Source of the DNA: Amoebidium appalachense
Lineage: Eukaryota; Protista; Ichthyosporea
Length of the DNA stretch: 64,000 bases
NCBI GenBank assembly: GCA_963693365.1
Contig: CAVNZM010000016.1
Location: forward strand, 6,679,029 to 6,743,028
Direction: 5' to 3'
The notes beneath the pieces are model-generated. The model made no database searches and was not told the DNA's origin. It saw only the letters and a program-made list of their open reading frames with translations. Position 1 is the first letter of the stretch. The number at the start of each line of letters is the position of its first letter. The translations under genes and the position numbers were made by a program. Below are positions 32,676 to 62,474 of this stretch, piece by piece.

Positions 32676-34771
32676 TAGTTTGGATAGTGGGCGGATATAT
32701 TTTTCGAATATTTGGATAACTCGTCTGTTCTTATTTCAAGCGAATGTGTCAACATTAAGTCACCCATGAGTAAGGGATTTTGACGTGTGGGTAATTACGG
32801 GTTTTGAAGACTACCTGGACTTTTTTTATTTTTTTGCCCCATTTCTTAATTCATGGGTTTGGATATTTGTAAACGCAGATTCGGATATGGTGATATTACC
32901 GGATTTATCTTTCAAATTTTGTTCTTTAATGCTTTGGCATGAAATTATGTGTACGAATGGAGAAATTGGGTGTGTATGTATGTGCATGTATTTTCATCAC
33001 AAGAAATCCAAGTGTGAATGAATAGCCGTGCTAGAAGAAACGATACATACACTCAATGCGTATTGAAATAATCCATGATAAGATTAGTTCGCCTACTGCG
33101 ACACTGCGAATGTGGTTCTGGAATATTTGCATAGATGCAAATCCTAGTACAAAGAAATGAAAAGGTTCCTTTTGCAATTTTCTTTCCTCCGTGCATGCAT
33201 GTATTCCGAGGTAATCCCCGCCCCCCCCTTCCCCTACCCACCCACCCCCACCCCTCTTCCCACACGTACACACACAAACACACACACACGTACACACACA
33301 AACACACACACACGTACACACACAAACACACACACACGTACACACCACATACACGTGCATCCATCCACATAGACACACATGTGTACACACAGACACATAC
33401 ATACACGTACACGTACACACACCTGCAATCGGAGCGTGTGCCAGTGTAAACATACGTAAATCCATAGGTGCCCGAAAATGTGCACATGCGCATTGGGTCA
33501 GTCCACGGTATTAATTACATATCAATTAGAAAGATGATGAAAATTCTGTGCCACTGGGATGCAATCAATATTGTCAACCATAGACCGCACTATAATAGTG
33601 CTACTGCATCATGCATGTGACGTGGATTTGCGCATCAGTGCACGAAAAACGGATTATCTGATTCATTTCATGTGTTTGCAATTGAGTCCCCTCTCCCCCC
33701 CCCCCCCTCCCCCCCCCCCCCCCCTCCGGATCCACCCGCCCCGGTACCCCCCTTTGTGATGACGCGTGGGCCCCCTTCAGCTGAGGATGGGCTCTGGTTA
33801 TTATGCATACACTATGTGTGGTTTATAAATTTATACCCTGCATCCCTGTTGCCCAGTGTAGCCCATTGTTTACGTGTACTTAATTCGTACTATATAGTGC
33901 TTTCAACACCCCCCCCCCCCCCCCCCCCCCCCCCTCTCCTCCTCCGGCCCTTTTGCATTTGGGAGATTCAGATGCCAGTTTTAGGTTACAAATATCCACT
34001 GCAACAACGTAGGTAATAGATATCCAGATTTTATTGTTGATCGATCCGATTGCCGATCGCATGATTTTCATCATGGACGCATATGACTATGTTATCCCTA
34101 CGCTTACAGATACTTCAATAATTCACAGGATGTCAATTCAGCACTATCCTCCTTAAACCCCATTCAGAATTCTATATCTATATATAATGTATACTTGATT
34201 TGGATACAATCATTATGATAATCTTCTGCTGCAAAACCTCCTCTAAACTATACAATATTCACACGTCATATCTTATATCATGACTATCTCCATGAGTTCA
34301 GTGGGCTAAACCTGCACTTGTCCAATCGGACCGGCCGAAATGGGATAGCCTAAAATCTTTGATTAATATAGCGTAAAACGGTGGGTCATATAAATAGCGT
34401 CACGTGTGTGCGGTTTGGTTATACACCATGCCCCTAATTGTTGCTGACTTGCATATTCACAGAACCACATACGAAAGATCATTATCTACACACCCATCCG
34501 CCTGTGCAAGCACACACACACACACTCACACACACACACACACACACACACATGCACAAGCACAGGGAGAGAGAGGATGAGAGGGAGAGAGGGAGAGAGG
34601 GAGAGAGAACCAGGGAGAGAGCGAGTCCGTGAGAGAGAGAGCAAGAGATGGGGAGTGGGGAGGAGAGGTGGGGAAAGGGGGGGGGGGGGGGGCAAAGGGA
34701 AAATGATCATACAAACAAGCACGACCCATTGCCTCCATCCCACATATCAACCTTACACCAGTACAATCTTC

Positions 34772-34999
34772 TCATGCCTTTGTTTCCGCCCTCTTCATAA
34801 TCTTAGCCCCAAGGCTTCTAAACCCACTCGTTTTGTTTGACTCCATATCTTCCAAAGAAGAAAGTGTCTCCCTTTTACCAACACGTTTACTTTCAAGAAG
34901 TGCCGCGTTTGTAAGGGCGGGAGAGGCCGGCTGGGTTTTATTTCCCCTCTTGATTATGGTTGGTGGGGTTAGCACAAGCGTGGGTGTACCAATTGGCAC

Positions 35000-35093
<94 letters not shown>

Positions 35094-35997
35094 CGTGGAG
35101 GGAGATGGGGGAGGGGGTGGGTCTGTAAGTTGATGCACCATATTGGGCTGCAGAGGAATCAGAGACTCTTTGTATTCTCCACACACACACACACACACCC
35201 TCCCCCCCCCCCCCCCCCCCCCCCCACCACCACCACACACACATGAACACCACCACCACCCTCCCATTCAATCCCTCCCCCCTCCCCATTTTTCTTCTTC
35301 TCGGGGGTTCCTTTAGCAATTTACAAAATGGAGGAAGAAGAAAACAAAACATGTCAATGGGCACAACCGACATATATTTGGCAAAGAATCAAATGGGCAA
35401 GGCCCGTGCATTTTTCTTTGAGAGGGGGAGCGGGGGGAGGGGGGAGGGGGAGGGCTGGTTGGGTTGAAAGAGGGCAAAGAGGAGGTTGGGTAAGGAAGAA
35501 ACGAGAGGTGTGGATTTTGGGCGCATTATGACTGTGTGTGTGTGTGTGTGGAGGGGGGGGGGGGGGGGGGGGGGGGTTCGCGCGCGCGCGTGTGTGTTGT
35601 GTGTGTGCGTGTGTGTGCACGCGGGCGCGGGCAAATGTGTATACATAAACACAAGTAAGACAAAAGAGATAAGCACACCAAAAGGGAAAGAAAAAGAAAC
35701 ACAGAGAAGTCCAAAAGAGATAAGCACACCAAAAGGGAAAGAAAAAGAAACACAGAGAAGCCCACAACAACCCTCGACTATTCCCTTCACCGTTCCAACA
35801 TAAAAAAAAAAGAGGAAGAAAGAAAGCAAGAAAAGGAAAGGAAAACCAACCTTACTTCAACACGGATTCTTCTTAGAATCTGTGCCGCATTAGAAAATTA
35901 CAACAAAGCATCGTTCAAAACGAATGTATTTTTGGATTTATGCAGTAATCGAAAAGAAAGGTGGATAAGGGAGAGAAGGGAGGGGAGAACGGGAAAA

Positions 35998-36035
<38 letters not shown>

Positions 36036-38810
36036 TGCTGATACTAGTTTTTAACACCTACCCGTGTGTGACTTGCAGGTATGTTGGCTCCGATTTTGTT
36101 CTAGCCACCTCCATTTCATCCACCACCATTAACCCTCTCTGGGACACACTCTTCTTTAAGGCTGAAAACGTCGCTGATCTCTTTCCCTTGGGGCTAGGTG
36201 TTGCTTGATCGACAGAGAGTTGGTGTGCGTGTCTCTGTCGAATGGATGGGGGGGAGGGGGGATGGGGGGGGGGAGAGGGGGAGGGGGGATTTGGGGGGGG
36301 GGGGGGGGGGGGGGGGAGGGTGGAGGGGTTAGAATGTGTTATGGAATACGTAGTACACATTCAGAACGGACAACACAACGCAGAGTGCAAACCACACCAA
36401 GAACTATGCATTATAAGGGAGAGTCCATATGTACCAGAGGCGGCCCCCAAGTTATCCACAGTACCCGAGTTTGAATCCATTCACTTTGGGGGGAGGAAAG
36501 TGGGGGGGAAGGGGAGGGGATGGGGACAGGAGCAGCGGGGGGGGAGGGGGGGGGGGGGGGGGGGGTTTGAATGCGTCAAAAAGTACGAAGTACACAAGAA
36601 CAAACGGATAACACGATGCAGAATGCAAGCCATACATAAAGAGTATGCATAATAAGCAGAGCCCATCCTCAGGGGGGGCCCACGTCATCCACAGTACCCG
36701 AGTTTCGACCTATTCCCCTCGTTAACGAAACCCAACTCAGATACTGTTTCACTTGAACATGAGTAGGTCACCCGTCTTGATCAGAGACGAGCAGGGTTGC
36801 TTATGCAGGCAAGGGCAGTGGGAAAGGCCGGGGGTTAAAGTTGCAGCAGTAAGCAGAAGCAAGAAAAATATATGGGGGGGGCGGGGGAAAGGGTGAAGAG
36901 GGGGAAGAAGGGGAGGTTGGGGTGAGGGGGTTTAGATTCCGGAACACGGTGCGAAGTACAACTACACGATGAGAAACACTGTTCAAAGGCAAACACTCAA
37001 GTGTGCAATATCGGCAGCGTGTGCTGCATGCAACATAAGCAGAACCCATCCTCGGGGGAGGGGGGGGGGGGGGGGGGGGAGGGAGGAGGTATATGCAATA
37101 GAGGGTCGGAATTCTGGAAGTGGAGACATAAGAAGACAAAACATAAAACGTCAAAAAAATACAAAAAAGCAGAAACTAAAAAGAGTGGACCAGAGCCCAT
37201 CGTTAGGGAGGTTCCCATGTCTCGATGAAAGAATGGGCTTCGTCTCTTAGAAGTCTCGCACATGGTTGCCAACCCATCCTTTGTTTCCACAGTAGTTATG
37301 CAAGTCAACCCAGAAAACGTGCAGGGTCATTCAAGGAGCAGATCTAAAAACACAAAACACGGAAACACAAGCAAGCAGACAATAAACAAAGAAAACACAA
37401 GCAGTCAAGTAGACCAGAAGTTGTGGGCTTCTACATACCGGGGAAGAGGGGGAGAGTGGGGGGAGGGGGGAGGGGGGGGATGCGAAGAGATAAGGTAGGG
37501 TTGAGGTGGGTGTGTGAGTTCTCTCTCTCTCTCTTCCCCCTCTCCCCCCACCCCCCCTCCCCTTCTTTATCCCTTCTCTTCCAACGATTTCATACAAACC
37601 TGTAACACTTACTTTTGCCACAGGCCTTTCCGGTAGAGACTGGCCCCTTCTGATTGGTTGCCCATTAAGGCTGCTGCTGGAAATTGAGGGGGATCCATGG
37701 GGGGCATGGGGGTGTTTTTCGGTGGGTCCAATGATGGAATCTCGCGTTGCGATGGTAATGATCAGACCGTAGAAATAGAGAATGTTGATGAGGTCCCGCT
37801 GCAGCAGAAGGGGTCTTTTAGGTTCAGTGTGTGCGTGTGTAAATGTTTGTGTGCGTGAGGATGTGCAAGTAAGGTTGTGTGCATAAACGAGTATACACTT
37901 TTTGCAAGCACAGGTCAAGGAGGGGGAGTGATGGGGGAATGCGAAGATTGATTGTGTGGGGGGAGGGGGGGAAGAAGAGGGGGGATTGTGTGCTTTCGAG
38001 GGTTGGCATTACAGAAGGGCGAAATCAGAAGACAAAACACAAAACGGGAAGCTGAGGGGGGTGGGGGTATTGCATGAGAATGTGTAGCTAATATTAGGTG
38101 AGGGGCAAAGAACGGAGGGAGGGCGGGCAAGAGAGGGGGGGGATGGGGGCCATAGATGAGAAGATTGGGCAAGAGAAAACAGTAGCATATACCAGACAGC
38201 AACTGATTTTGGTTGTCTGTGACTGTTGTGTCCGGGCTGAAGAAAAACATCGAAACCATGGTTTGGAGAGCAGGATAACACTCTCTCTAGGCAACAGGAA
38301 ACGGTATACATAGTGCGAGAAAACCGAGAAAGGAAGGAGCAGGACGAATGTCCAACCACATGGCGTTTAGCACTTAACAGAAATCATCTTCCGGATTCCC
38401 CGTCAACCACACTCCCCCCCGCACGGAAGATTCTTCGGAAAAGTGACGAGACTAAAACCACATCTACGGGCGCATTTCCACGTGGGGAAAGCATGTTGGG
38501 ACACATGTTACGGCAAAAATGCAAATTATCTCTGAGCCTTGACAAAATGGAACTTGCAGACCATTCATGTGTGCAACCGTGCGTTCGCTGAAAGTTACAA
38601 CAGCAACAACGTTAAAACCAACTTGCACGGGTGCTTAGTACACGCGGACATGACAGCACCTATGAGCACTTGCACACGTACACACACGCGCGTGCACACG
38701 AACACACGTGCGTGCACACACACGCACACGCACGCACGCACGCACGCACGCACGCATGCTCACACACACGCACACACGCACGCACGGACAAACACACACA
38801 CACACACAAA

Positions 38811-38857
<47 letters not shown>

Positions 38858-38884
38858 ACACACACGTACACGCACACACGCACA

Positions 38885-38951
<67 letters not shown>

Positions 38952-39119
38952 AAAGAGGGATGCCATGAACCGCGATATGCTTACGCAACCGTAAAACACA
39001 ATATTTTATCAACCTGCACCTACCGGTTTTAGCTTCTGAAAGGCTTTCCATCCACGCACGCCAGCAAAGGCAACGGCCATAACCATGCCCAGAAAACCAG
39101 CAACCACCACCAGCCTCAT
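34772..39119 (-). CDS. Probable multi-exon gene of unknown function with N-terminal signal/anchor (model incomplete)
   Basis: Exon-like islands with splice sites: [20 protein letters not shown] (39119-), [51 protein letters not shown].., ..[10 protein letters not shown]; one phase junction could not be resolved. Confidence 0.45.
35661..35760 (+). repeat. Tandem duplication, about 50-bp unit x2
   Basis: caaaagagataagcacaccaaaagggaaagaaaaagaaacacagagaag repeated. Confidence 0.9.
36566..36828 (-). repeat. Poly(C)-ended dispersed repeat, subfamily 1 copy
   Basis: Reverse complement of 28951-29214. Confidence 0.93.
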
Positions 39120-39240
39120 GGCTGCAAGGTGAAGATGTTGCACTGCGAAGTAAGTCAGCAATAACTATCTGTTTCCCAAAGTGTTTGAGCTGCGAGAATT
39201 ATCCAATGCTTTGTGTGGTGGGCACAGAAAAAGTTCTCAT

Positions 39241-39323
39241 CTAGTCCGTGTATGCAATGAACTGACACTTTGTATTCTCGGGCTAGTCCGTGTATGCAAT
39301 GAACTGACACTTTGTATTCTCGG
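39241..39323 (+). repeat. Tandem duplication, about 42-bp unit x2
   Basis: ctagtccgtgtatgcaatgaactgacactttgtattctcggg repeated. Confidence 0.9.
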
Positions 39324-41090
39324 GATTGCTTAGTGCTCCAGATGTGTAGAAGCCAGTGTTAGCGGGCACACGTGTACTGTATCATGCTAAAGTATAAAAA
39401 TTGAAACGGGCTCTTTTTATTTTGTTTTTATGGGGTTTTTTCTTGGTCTTTTTCTCCCTTGCGCTGTTCAAAGTTTCACCGTGTTGGCTTTTGTGTAAAA
39501 GCTTTGCCACTGAATCAAAACCGTATCCAGTGAGGTGCGCACCGCACCGTTCCCATCGCTCTCAAAGCTTGCCATTAACGCCAAGATACACACTCTCTTT
39601 TTTATATCCTTACACTCTTTTTTTCCCCCTTGCGTTGTTCAAAGTTTCACCGTAATGGTGTCTTCACTTATTATATGTAAGGGCAACTTCAGGTTGACTG
39701 GACAAGTACTGAAAGCTACTTACGCAAGTGCACTTTTACGCGGTTTGAACCGCGAGGTCCGCGATCCGCGACCGATGTTTATTTTTTTCGAGTGCCAAGC
39801 GAGCATCTAATTGGCGCGAATTTATCCCAAATAGACCAATCATATTCTGATTATTTCAAATATAGCTTGTTTTGGCTATTGCTAAAGGAAGACGAGTGGC
39901 TGTGCTTTTGTGGGATATATTTACCCTCTACTGTCAGCGCGATCGGCCGGCACAGGACTTCAGGAGTGCACGGCGCCATTTGTGCCGTTCTTGCACACCT
40001 AATCCACAGCCAAGTAAATAGTATACATAGCTAGGAAACCTTATATTATATTCTTTGCAGTATTAGGCTTTTGGCCGAATACTACAGCGGTACGCATACA
40101 ATTACGTACACAGTCTACAGGCAACAGGTCGACGAGAACGGTCTCGGTTCAAATTGCTCAGAAGTTCGGTGAATGAGTCATAATTTTACCACACGCCCCC
40201 TTCATTAGCACTAGAAATTGGAATTGAAAACAATGCATCTTTACGTTTCATATACTTCTCCATAGAGACCCTTTAGCAAGAAGCATAAATGCAAAATTGT
40301 ACAGCTATAGTAATAAATGACTGCTTTAGTTCAAGAAAACTTGACAGCTTGAAGAGACTCAAAGAACAACGTTTACCTCATCTCTGAAATTCGCAAAGTG
40401 TTCAGGAGATTAGCTTTTGTTTTGAAGATGGAATGCAGTGTTCGATTTATAGAGAATGCACCAGGCTCCTAGCCTTTGCCTATTGGTTTATAATTCATCA
40501 ATACAGAAGGGGTGCAAACAGGGGTAAACACTGCCAGTGACTGCCTGCCGAACAAAGAGATATAAAGATGCAAAAACAAACCAAAAAGCAATTAAAAAGT
40601 ACCAAATATAGTATATTAAACTATTTTAAATGCCAAAATAATTCACATAGCACTTATTTGTGGTCTTTTTAAGACGGATCCAAAATGCTCGTCATCAGAG
40701 GGCCGAATCTGATTGGATGGATAGCATTTTGAGCACTTTGATAACAGTTTCAAAGCCGCATGCTCTTGAACGAATGACCGGCAGTTGGTGTTTCATCGAG
40801 AGAGTTACCGTTATGTTTCCGTTTTCCCTCTGTGTAGTAACGTTTTCTCCCTTATTGTGAAAGGTATACTATAGAGGCTAATACAAGAGAGTAGCTTCTC
40901 GGTCGCTCGCGTAGCGATCTTGCAACACACACAACAGAGCACTCGTTTCGAATCCTCGCTTCAAAACCTTCTAAACCAATTTTTACCACTAGCTTGACAG
41001 GCTACCACTTAGAAATAAAACGATACAAAATACACGCAGGGCTGCGCTTTCATCCTAGCCACCATCGCAGCCAAACATACAGTTGTAAGG

Positions 41091-55913
<14,823 letters not shown>

Positions 55914-55985
55914 TATCGTGTTTGGACTGCACACTTGAGCAACCTTCAGAGAGAGACACATACACATACAGAGAGAGAGAGAGAG

Positions 55986-56040
<55 letters not shown>

Positions 56041-56801
56041 TGAGTGCACAGAGTGCGCTTGCAAGCTTGTGTATATGAAGGGGCTTAGAGAGCGGCAGGG
56101 AAAGGGTGGGGGGGTTGGGGGGGGGGGGGGGGATATTTGTGTACTCCCCCCCCCCCCCCCCCCCCTTTTTTTTTTTCCTTTTTGGCTGACGTGGGATATT
56201 TTTATAGTTGGTCACTGTGAGTGTGCTTACCACATTTTGTGCCCTCTGTCGCTTTTATTATTAATTGTTAAATTGCACACAACCGATATCAGCCATTGAT
56301 TAATCAATGGATTCTATATTGTAGCCTTCAAACCCAATTAACACGCACATGTAGGAAGCGGTGACGATTGATGGGGATTTGCGAAACTTTGTTTTGTTAT
56401 TTAAGTCGAATGATATTCTATATCTATTCTTTCCCCTCCACGTGTAGATGGCGACCAGGCTAAATCACCGAGTCGTAATTTTTTCCGAGCATTTTTTTTT
56501 TTTTTTTTTTTTTTAGGATAACTTGAAGGACGGGTGTGCGGCCAAAAACATAAATTGCCGTACAAGTGCGTTTTTTTGCTTTCCTTTTTTTTTGCCCTTG
56601 CACGTGCACCTTGCATGTGCAAAATGTCGAAAGACCACACATAGACTTGTTGCGTTAAAAAAATTCTTGTTAAGTTGGTGTTGCCATATTTGTTAAAAAA
56701 TTCCAACCAATAAGAGCTTCGGGACTGCACCTGGTGTGCAGACCAAATATACAACCGAAGCAGTGCTTCGTGTGCGCTTTCTTTTATTCGGGACACCTCC
56801 C

Positions 56802-56844
<43 letters not shown>

Positions 56845-57223
56845 TTCAAAGAAAAAGAGGGGGAGAGAAAGGAGAGGGGGGGGGGGGGCACTAGAGGAGG
56901 GGGAGGAGAGGGGGGGGGGGGGGGGGGGGGGAGTCCGACAGGCACAGACAGGCACACACACGCATGTCACCCGTGTAAGAGTCACAGAAAGATGATATAA
57001 GGGAATGCAAGTTATTAAAAGTAGATGTTTTATGTGATCTGTTTTTTCAGTGGCACAAATACACATGCACATAGACACACGCATAATAAAAGGCGTGGGG
57101 AATGATCGAGCACTTTTTATTGCCATATCAAGACACACTAGAGTCACACACATGTGCTGCACACCGTACCACACTTGAGAAACTTAAAAGAAAAACAAAG
57201 AAATGTTAATGTGCAAACCCAAG

Positions 57224-57261
<38 letters not shown>

Positions 57262-57711
57262 CCACCAACCCCACCACTCCTCCCTCCCCGATTGGGATAA
57301 CTGGGCCAGCCAGCAAAGGCTTGGATATTTTTGGGCCGAATTTGGGTCGGGCCGCCTTAGGGTCCATCTCACTGACCCGACCCGATTTTCTGAGGCGCCA
57401 AGATTCAAGTGACCGTCGGTCCAACTCTCGCACAACTCGCGGAAGTTTGAAAGCAAAGTTTGTGTTTTGAAGAGCCATGTTTTGAGGGAACAATTCAACT
57501 TCGGAAGTTAGCATAGATGAGTAGCTGCCTTGGCCTATAGCGTGGAACTATTGGGTATTTTACATGTTATTGAGAGAAAACAAAGTGGCGACACTTTGCT
57601 AAGGCGCATTCACACTTTAGACAGGGTGTGTGTTATGTTTGTGTGTGGATCACGTTGTTGAATTGTCGTGGTTGAGAAAAAGATTTTCCGGAGGTCTTCA
57701 AGTATATAAGA

Positions 57712-59107
57712 TTGGGAGCAAGGACATCATAGCGGCGTGGTTAACGAAACAGGAAACAGGGCCAAAGGGCTGCGGCAAGGAGAATGAGGCAAGTCTTTTT
57801 GTGTGGGTGGGCGTGAGCTATAGGTAGTGATGGTGGGTGGTGGTGGTGGCGGCGTGGTGGTGGTGGTGGGGGAAGGGGGGGGGGGGGAGAGGGAGGAGGT
57901 TTGGAGAAGGGGGGGCGAACGCAAGGTGGGAGGGGGAGGGGGAAAAGGGCACAGGGTGGGGGGGAAGAGGGAGAGGGAGGACGGGATTTGACCGGTTCAT
58001 CTGTTTTTGAGAAGGACGGGTGGCAGGTGTTTTGCACCTGTATGTTCAAGGCTTTGGGGACCCTGCTGTAAGCGTGGTTTGGGTAAAGGAGGTGGCGGGA
58101 GACTGAGGAGCAAGAGGAGAGGAGGGGGGCGGGGGCCGGGGGGAAGGGGGTATGCGTGGGGGGGGGGGGGGGGGGAGGGAGGGGGGTGCTGCCGCCGGTT
58201 CAAGGTGGGATTTTAGATTCAGAAAATTCCTCCGCTCAAGAAGAGGAGGTGTGCAGACTGGGGTGCTAGCGTGAAGACAGCTTTCATGTACTATCGTTTC
58301 GCTGTTTGTTGTGATGTAGCAGTGATGTTTGTGGACCATTTTTGGAGGGGGAAGGGGGGGGGGGGGAGGGGGGGGGGGGGGGGGGGGGGGGGCTTTCTTT
58401 AGAATAGTGCAGTGGGTGCCAAAGACGAGGGATTGATGTAGATGGTTGTTGGTGGTGGCAGAAGGGGGGGGGGGGGGGGGGGGGGGGGGTGGGAAGGGAA
58501 AAGGGACTGTGCGCGCGTATGTTGTTTCTTCTTTGTCGCTGTTTGGGGGTGGTGGTGGTGACGTGTGTGTGGTGGTGGTGGTGTGTGTGGATGTGTATGT
58601 GTGTGTGGAAGGGGGGGGAGGGGGGGGGGGGGGTGGGGAAGGCCGCTGTATGAGTTGGGCAAAGAAGGAGCGAGCATGGGATTTTGTTAAGAGCGAGCAT
58701 GGGACTTTTTTGAGAGCACCTTTGAACATTCACAAGCATGCAAAGCACCAGTGCCTGCCTGACCGAGATTTCAAGCACAGCAGGAAGAAGGAGAAGGAGG
58801 ACATAACGGAGGAGGAGAAGGTTTTGCGCAACAAATACAAGAAGCTGTCAAAGCTCAAGGTGTGTGCTTGTCTCATGTTTCCTTTGTTTTTTTCGATGCA
58901 TTTTTCAAAGCCGAAAGTGTGCGCTTGTATGCTTGTATGCTTGCATGCTGTTTCCTTGGTTGCTTCGATGCATTCTTTGTGAGTGTTTGGGTGCGGAAGG
59001 ATTTGAGGGAGAGCGAGATGGAAACAGGATGGAGCGTTTGTGAGAGACCCCCCCCCCCCCCCCCCCCCTTCCCTCCCTCCCCCTCCCCTGCCGCCTTCTT
59101 TTTTTTT

Positions 59108-59140
<33 letters not shown>

Positions 59141-60296
59141 GTCCGTGCTGTGACCACTCTTTCATACTATTTTTGATATGTATTTTTTTTTTGTGTGTGT
59201 GTGTCCTGGCCATGCGTATGGTTTTTGTTGCTCACATTTGTCTTTGTGCTCACATTTATTTTTTCACGCCCAACTCCACGTTTCTTTTTATGCTCACACT
59301 GTGGTTGGGGGGTAGGATCTAGCAGAGGCAGCCAAACGGGAGGATGGAAGCAGAAAGAGGCCGGCGGAAGATGACGACCACGTGGAAGCAGCAAAGAAAC
59401 TGCTGGAAGCAGAGGTGGGGTGAGGGAGGGGGGAGGGGAGGGGGTGGGGGGAGAAAGAATGGTGGTGGTGGTGGTGGTGGTGGTGGGAGGGTGTGTTTTT
59501 TTTTTTGGGGGGGGGGGGGGGGGGGAGGATAGAGAAATGGGGGGAATAGGGAGAGGGAGAGAGAGGGTGTTGGGAATGAAGGGAGGGGGGGAGGCAGGTG
59601 GGCTGGGGATGGGTGGGGGGGGGTGAGGTAGTGGGAGGAAGGTTTCTATGGGAAACTGGCACAGAGGATAGACAGTTGTGGACGGTTGCACACATGTCAC
59701 ATGTGTACACACATGTGCACACATGCATTCACATGTGCACACATGCATTCACATGTGCACACATGCATTCACGTGTGCACACATGCATTCACATGTGCAC
59801 ACATGCATTCACATGTGCACACATGCATTCACATGTGCACACATGCATTCACATGTGCCCCACGTGCAAATGCACACACACACACGGGCGCAAACACACA
59901 CGCAAAACACTAGTGCCGGTTTTTCATGCCCTCTACATCTGAATGGGAAACGATAAGTGATAGTGTACAGAGTCTTCGTGTATGGGAGCACGTGGATGGC
60001 TTAAATGGCATCTGGATGAGAAGAAGATGTGTGTGTGTGTGGTCTGGGAAGGTGATGGTTACCCTGGTATGATATGGCCTAACGTGAAAGACATTATTGT
60101 AAGTCCAATGTGGGGAGCAGGCTAGATGCGTTGTCTGTGTCATGGCTTGAAGGGGGTGGGACTTGTGGAGTTTTTTTTTTTCCCTCTTTTTTTTTTTTTG
60201 GGTGGGGGGGGGGGGGGGGGGGGGGGTTGATAATACCTTCCTCACACACGCGTACCTGTACACACATGCGCGCGTGCACACGCACGCGCGCGCGTG

Positions 60297-60341
<45 letters not shown>

Positions 60342-60460
60342 CCCGACCCACAGCGCAAGAAAGCGTCTGTTGTGGGATCGAAGGAAATGTCGTTCCTGCA
60401 GAAGGCAAATGCAAACAAGAAGCCACGAACAATGAGCCAGACGGTATGGACCCTACCAAC

Positions 60461-60494
<34 letters not shown>

Positions 60495-60605
60495 AACACA
60501 CACACACACACACACACACACAAGCGCGCGCGCACGCACGCACACACACAGTCCACACATGCACGTGCACACGAGCACATGCAAGCACACACGCGCACGT
60601 GCACA

Positions 60606-60668
<63 letters not shown>

Positions 60669-60870
60669 ACACACACACGCACACACACACACACACAGAC
60701 ACGCACATCCAAGCGAGCGCACGCACACTCAGAGGTACACACACGCAAACACGTACAAAGATGCCCAGATGCCGGCATGTGCCAGCAGACACATAAACAG
60801 GTACAAATGCACACACACACCCGCAACCTGTCTCTACCAATAGCTCTTGATTGGCCTCCGTGTTGGTTTC

Positions 60871-60942
<72 letters not shown>

Positions 60943-61108
60943 ATGTGTGTGCGCGCGTGTGTATAGTGGGGGATGCGGCTGAGGGCTGTTCCTACCAATA
61001 CAAGGAAATCACGGGAATTTTATGTGCTTGGCTGTGGCGCAGGAAATAGAGAAGAAGTTTTGTGGCAGGGATTTGGGAGCCTTTGTGTGTGTGTATGTGT
61101 GTGCGTGT

Positions 61109-61139
<31 letters not shown>

Positions 61140-62249
61140 GGGGGGGGGGGAGGGAATGGAACGACGGCTGGGGTCTAGAGAGGGAATGGGTAAGTATTAA
61201 AATGAGACTGGGTAGGTGGGCGGGGGTACGCTTTTGGGGGGGGGGGGGGGGGAGGGGGGAGGAGACGGGGAGGGGGGGAGGGGGGGCGCAGGGAGAGGGG
61301 GGAGGGGGAGGAGGAGCACGTACGTTTCCGTGTTTAAGACCTGGGATGCTGCAGGGAGGAAACCCAGGAGAGGCATCAAATAGAACAGAGGTGGGTGAAC
61401 ATCCCCCCCCCCCCCCCCCCTCCCCCCTTGGTCCTAATATTACAACAAAGGGACTCGCTAGAAAATGAAATGAGCACACGAGGGTTTGCAGATTAGACGC
61501 CCACACAAAAGCAGCCTCTGCCCCCCCCCCCCCCCCCCCCCTTCTTTTTGAGGGGAATAGGTCGAAACTCGGGTACTGTGGATGACGTGGGCCCCCCCTG
61601 AGGATGGGCTCTGCTTATTATGCATACTCTTTATGTATGGCTTGCATTCTGCATCGTGTTATCCGTTTGTTCTTGTGTACTTCGTACTTTTTGACGCATT
61701 CAAAACCCCCCCCTTCTTTTTGAATCGTTTCAAATGTGCACATGTATGGGAATGATGAGCAGTGGAGGAGGGAAGGAGAGCGAATCCATGGACTCTGGGG
61801 AAAGGTTAAGTGTGCCCCGGAGCAGGGGTAGAGGTGCAGAGAGGGGGGAGGGATGTATCTGCTTTTGTTCGAAGTTCTTATTGCTCTTCCTCGTATCGAT
61901 TTTGCAGGAGGGCACGGAGGAAAGGACACAGAGCCACTACCAGCCACAGCAACAGTTTGTGCCTGCGGGCTATGACGGGGGGTAGGTGCACACACACAGA
62001 GAGAGGGGGGGGGAGGGGGGAAGACAGGCAGGCACACCACATACATATCATACCACACACACACACACACACATGCATATCAACAAACACACACACAGAC
62101 ACACACCTTCACACACACGAACACACACGTGTGACGCGCACACATGCTTGCATGGACACACACTCAGCAGAGCAGGAGAGAGGTATAAGCTTATAAGCTG
62201 TGGCCTGCACATAGGGCCCGAAGTAGGGGCGGGGCCAGGCCGGGCCGGT

Positions 62250-62280
<31 letters not shown>

Positions 62281-62299
62281 TCATTGCACTTTATTGGCT

Positions 62300-62330
<31 letters not shown>

Positions 62331-62427
62331 GGGGGGGGACGGCACTCACACATATGGACATTCCTGCACAGACACCACCGGCCAAGTCAACAATGGGGTG
62401 GACAAGGTGGTATGAGATCTCCCCCTC

Positions 62428-62474
<47 letters not shown>

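Noticed and set aside
33000-34100. Possible small minus-strand gene (MMKIMRSAIG..)
   Set aside because: No consistent splice chain or homology
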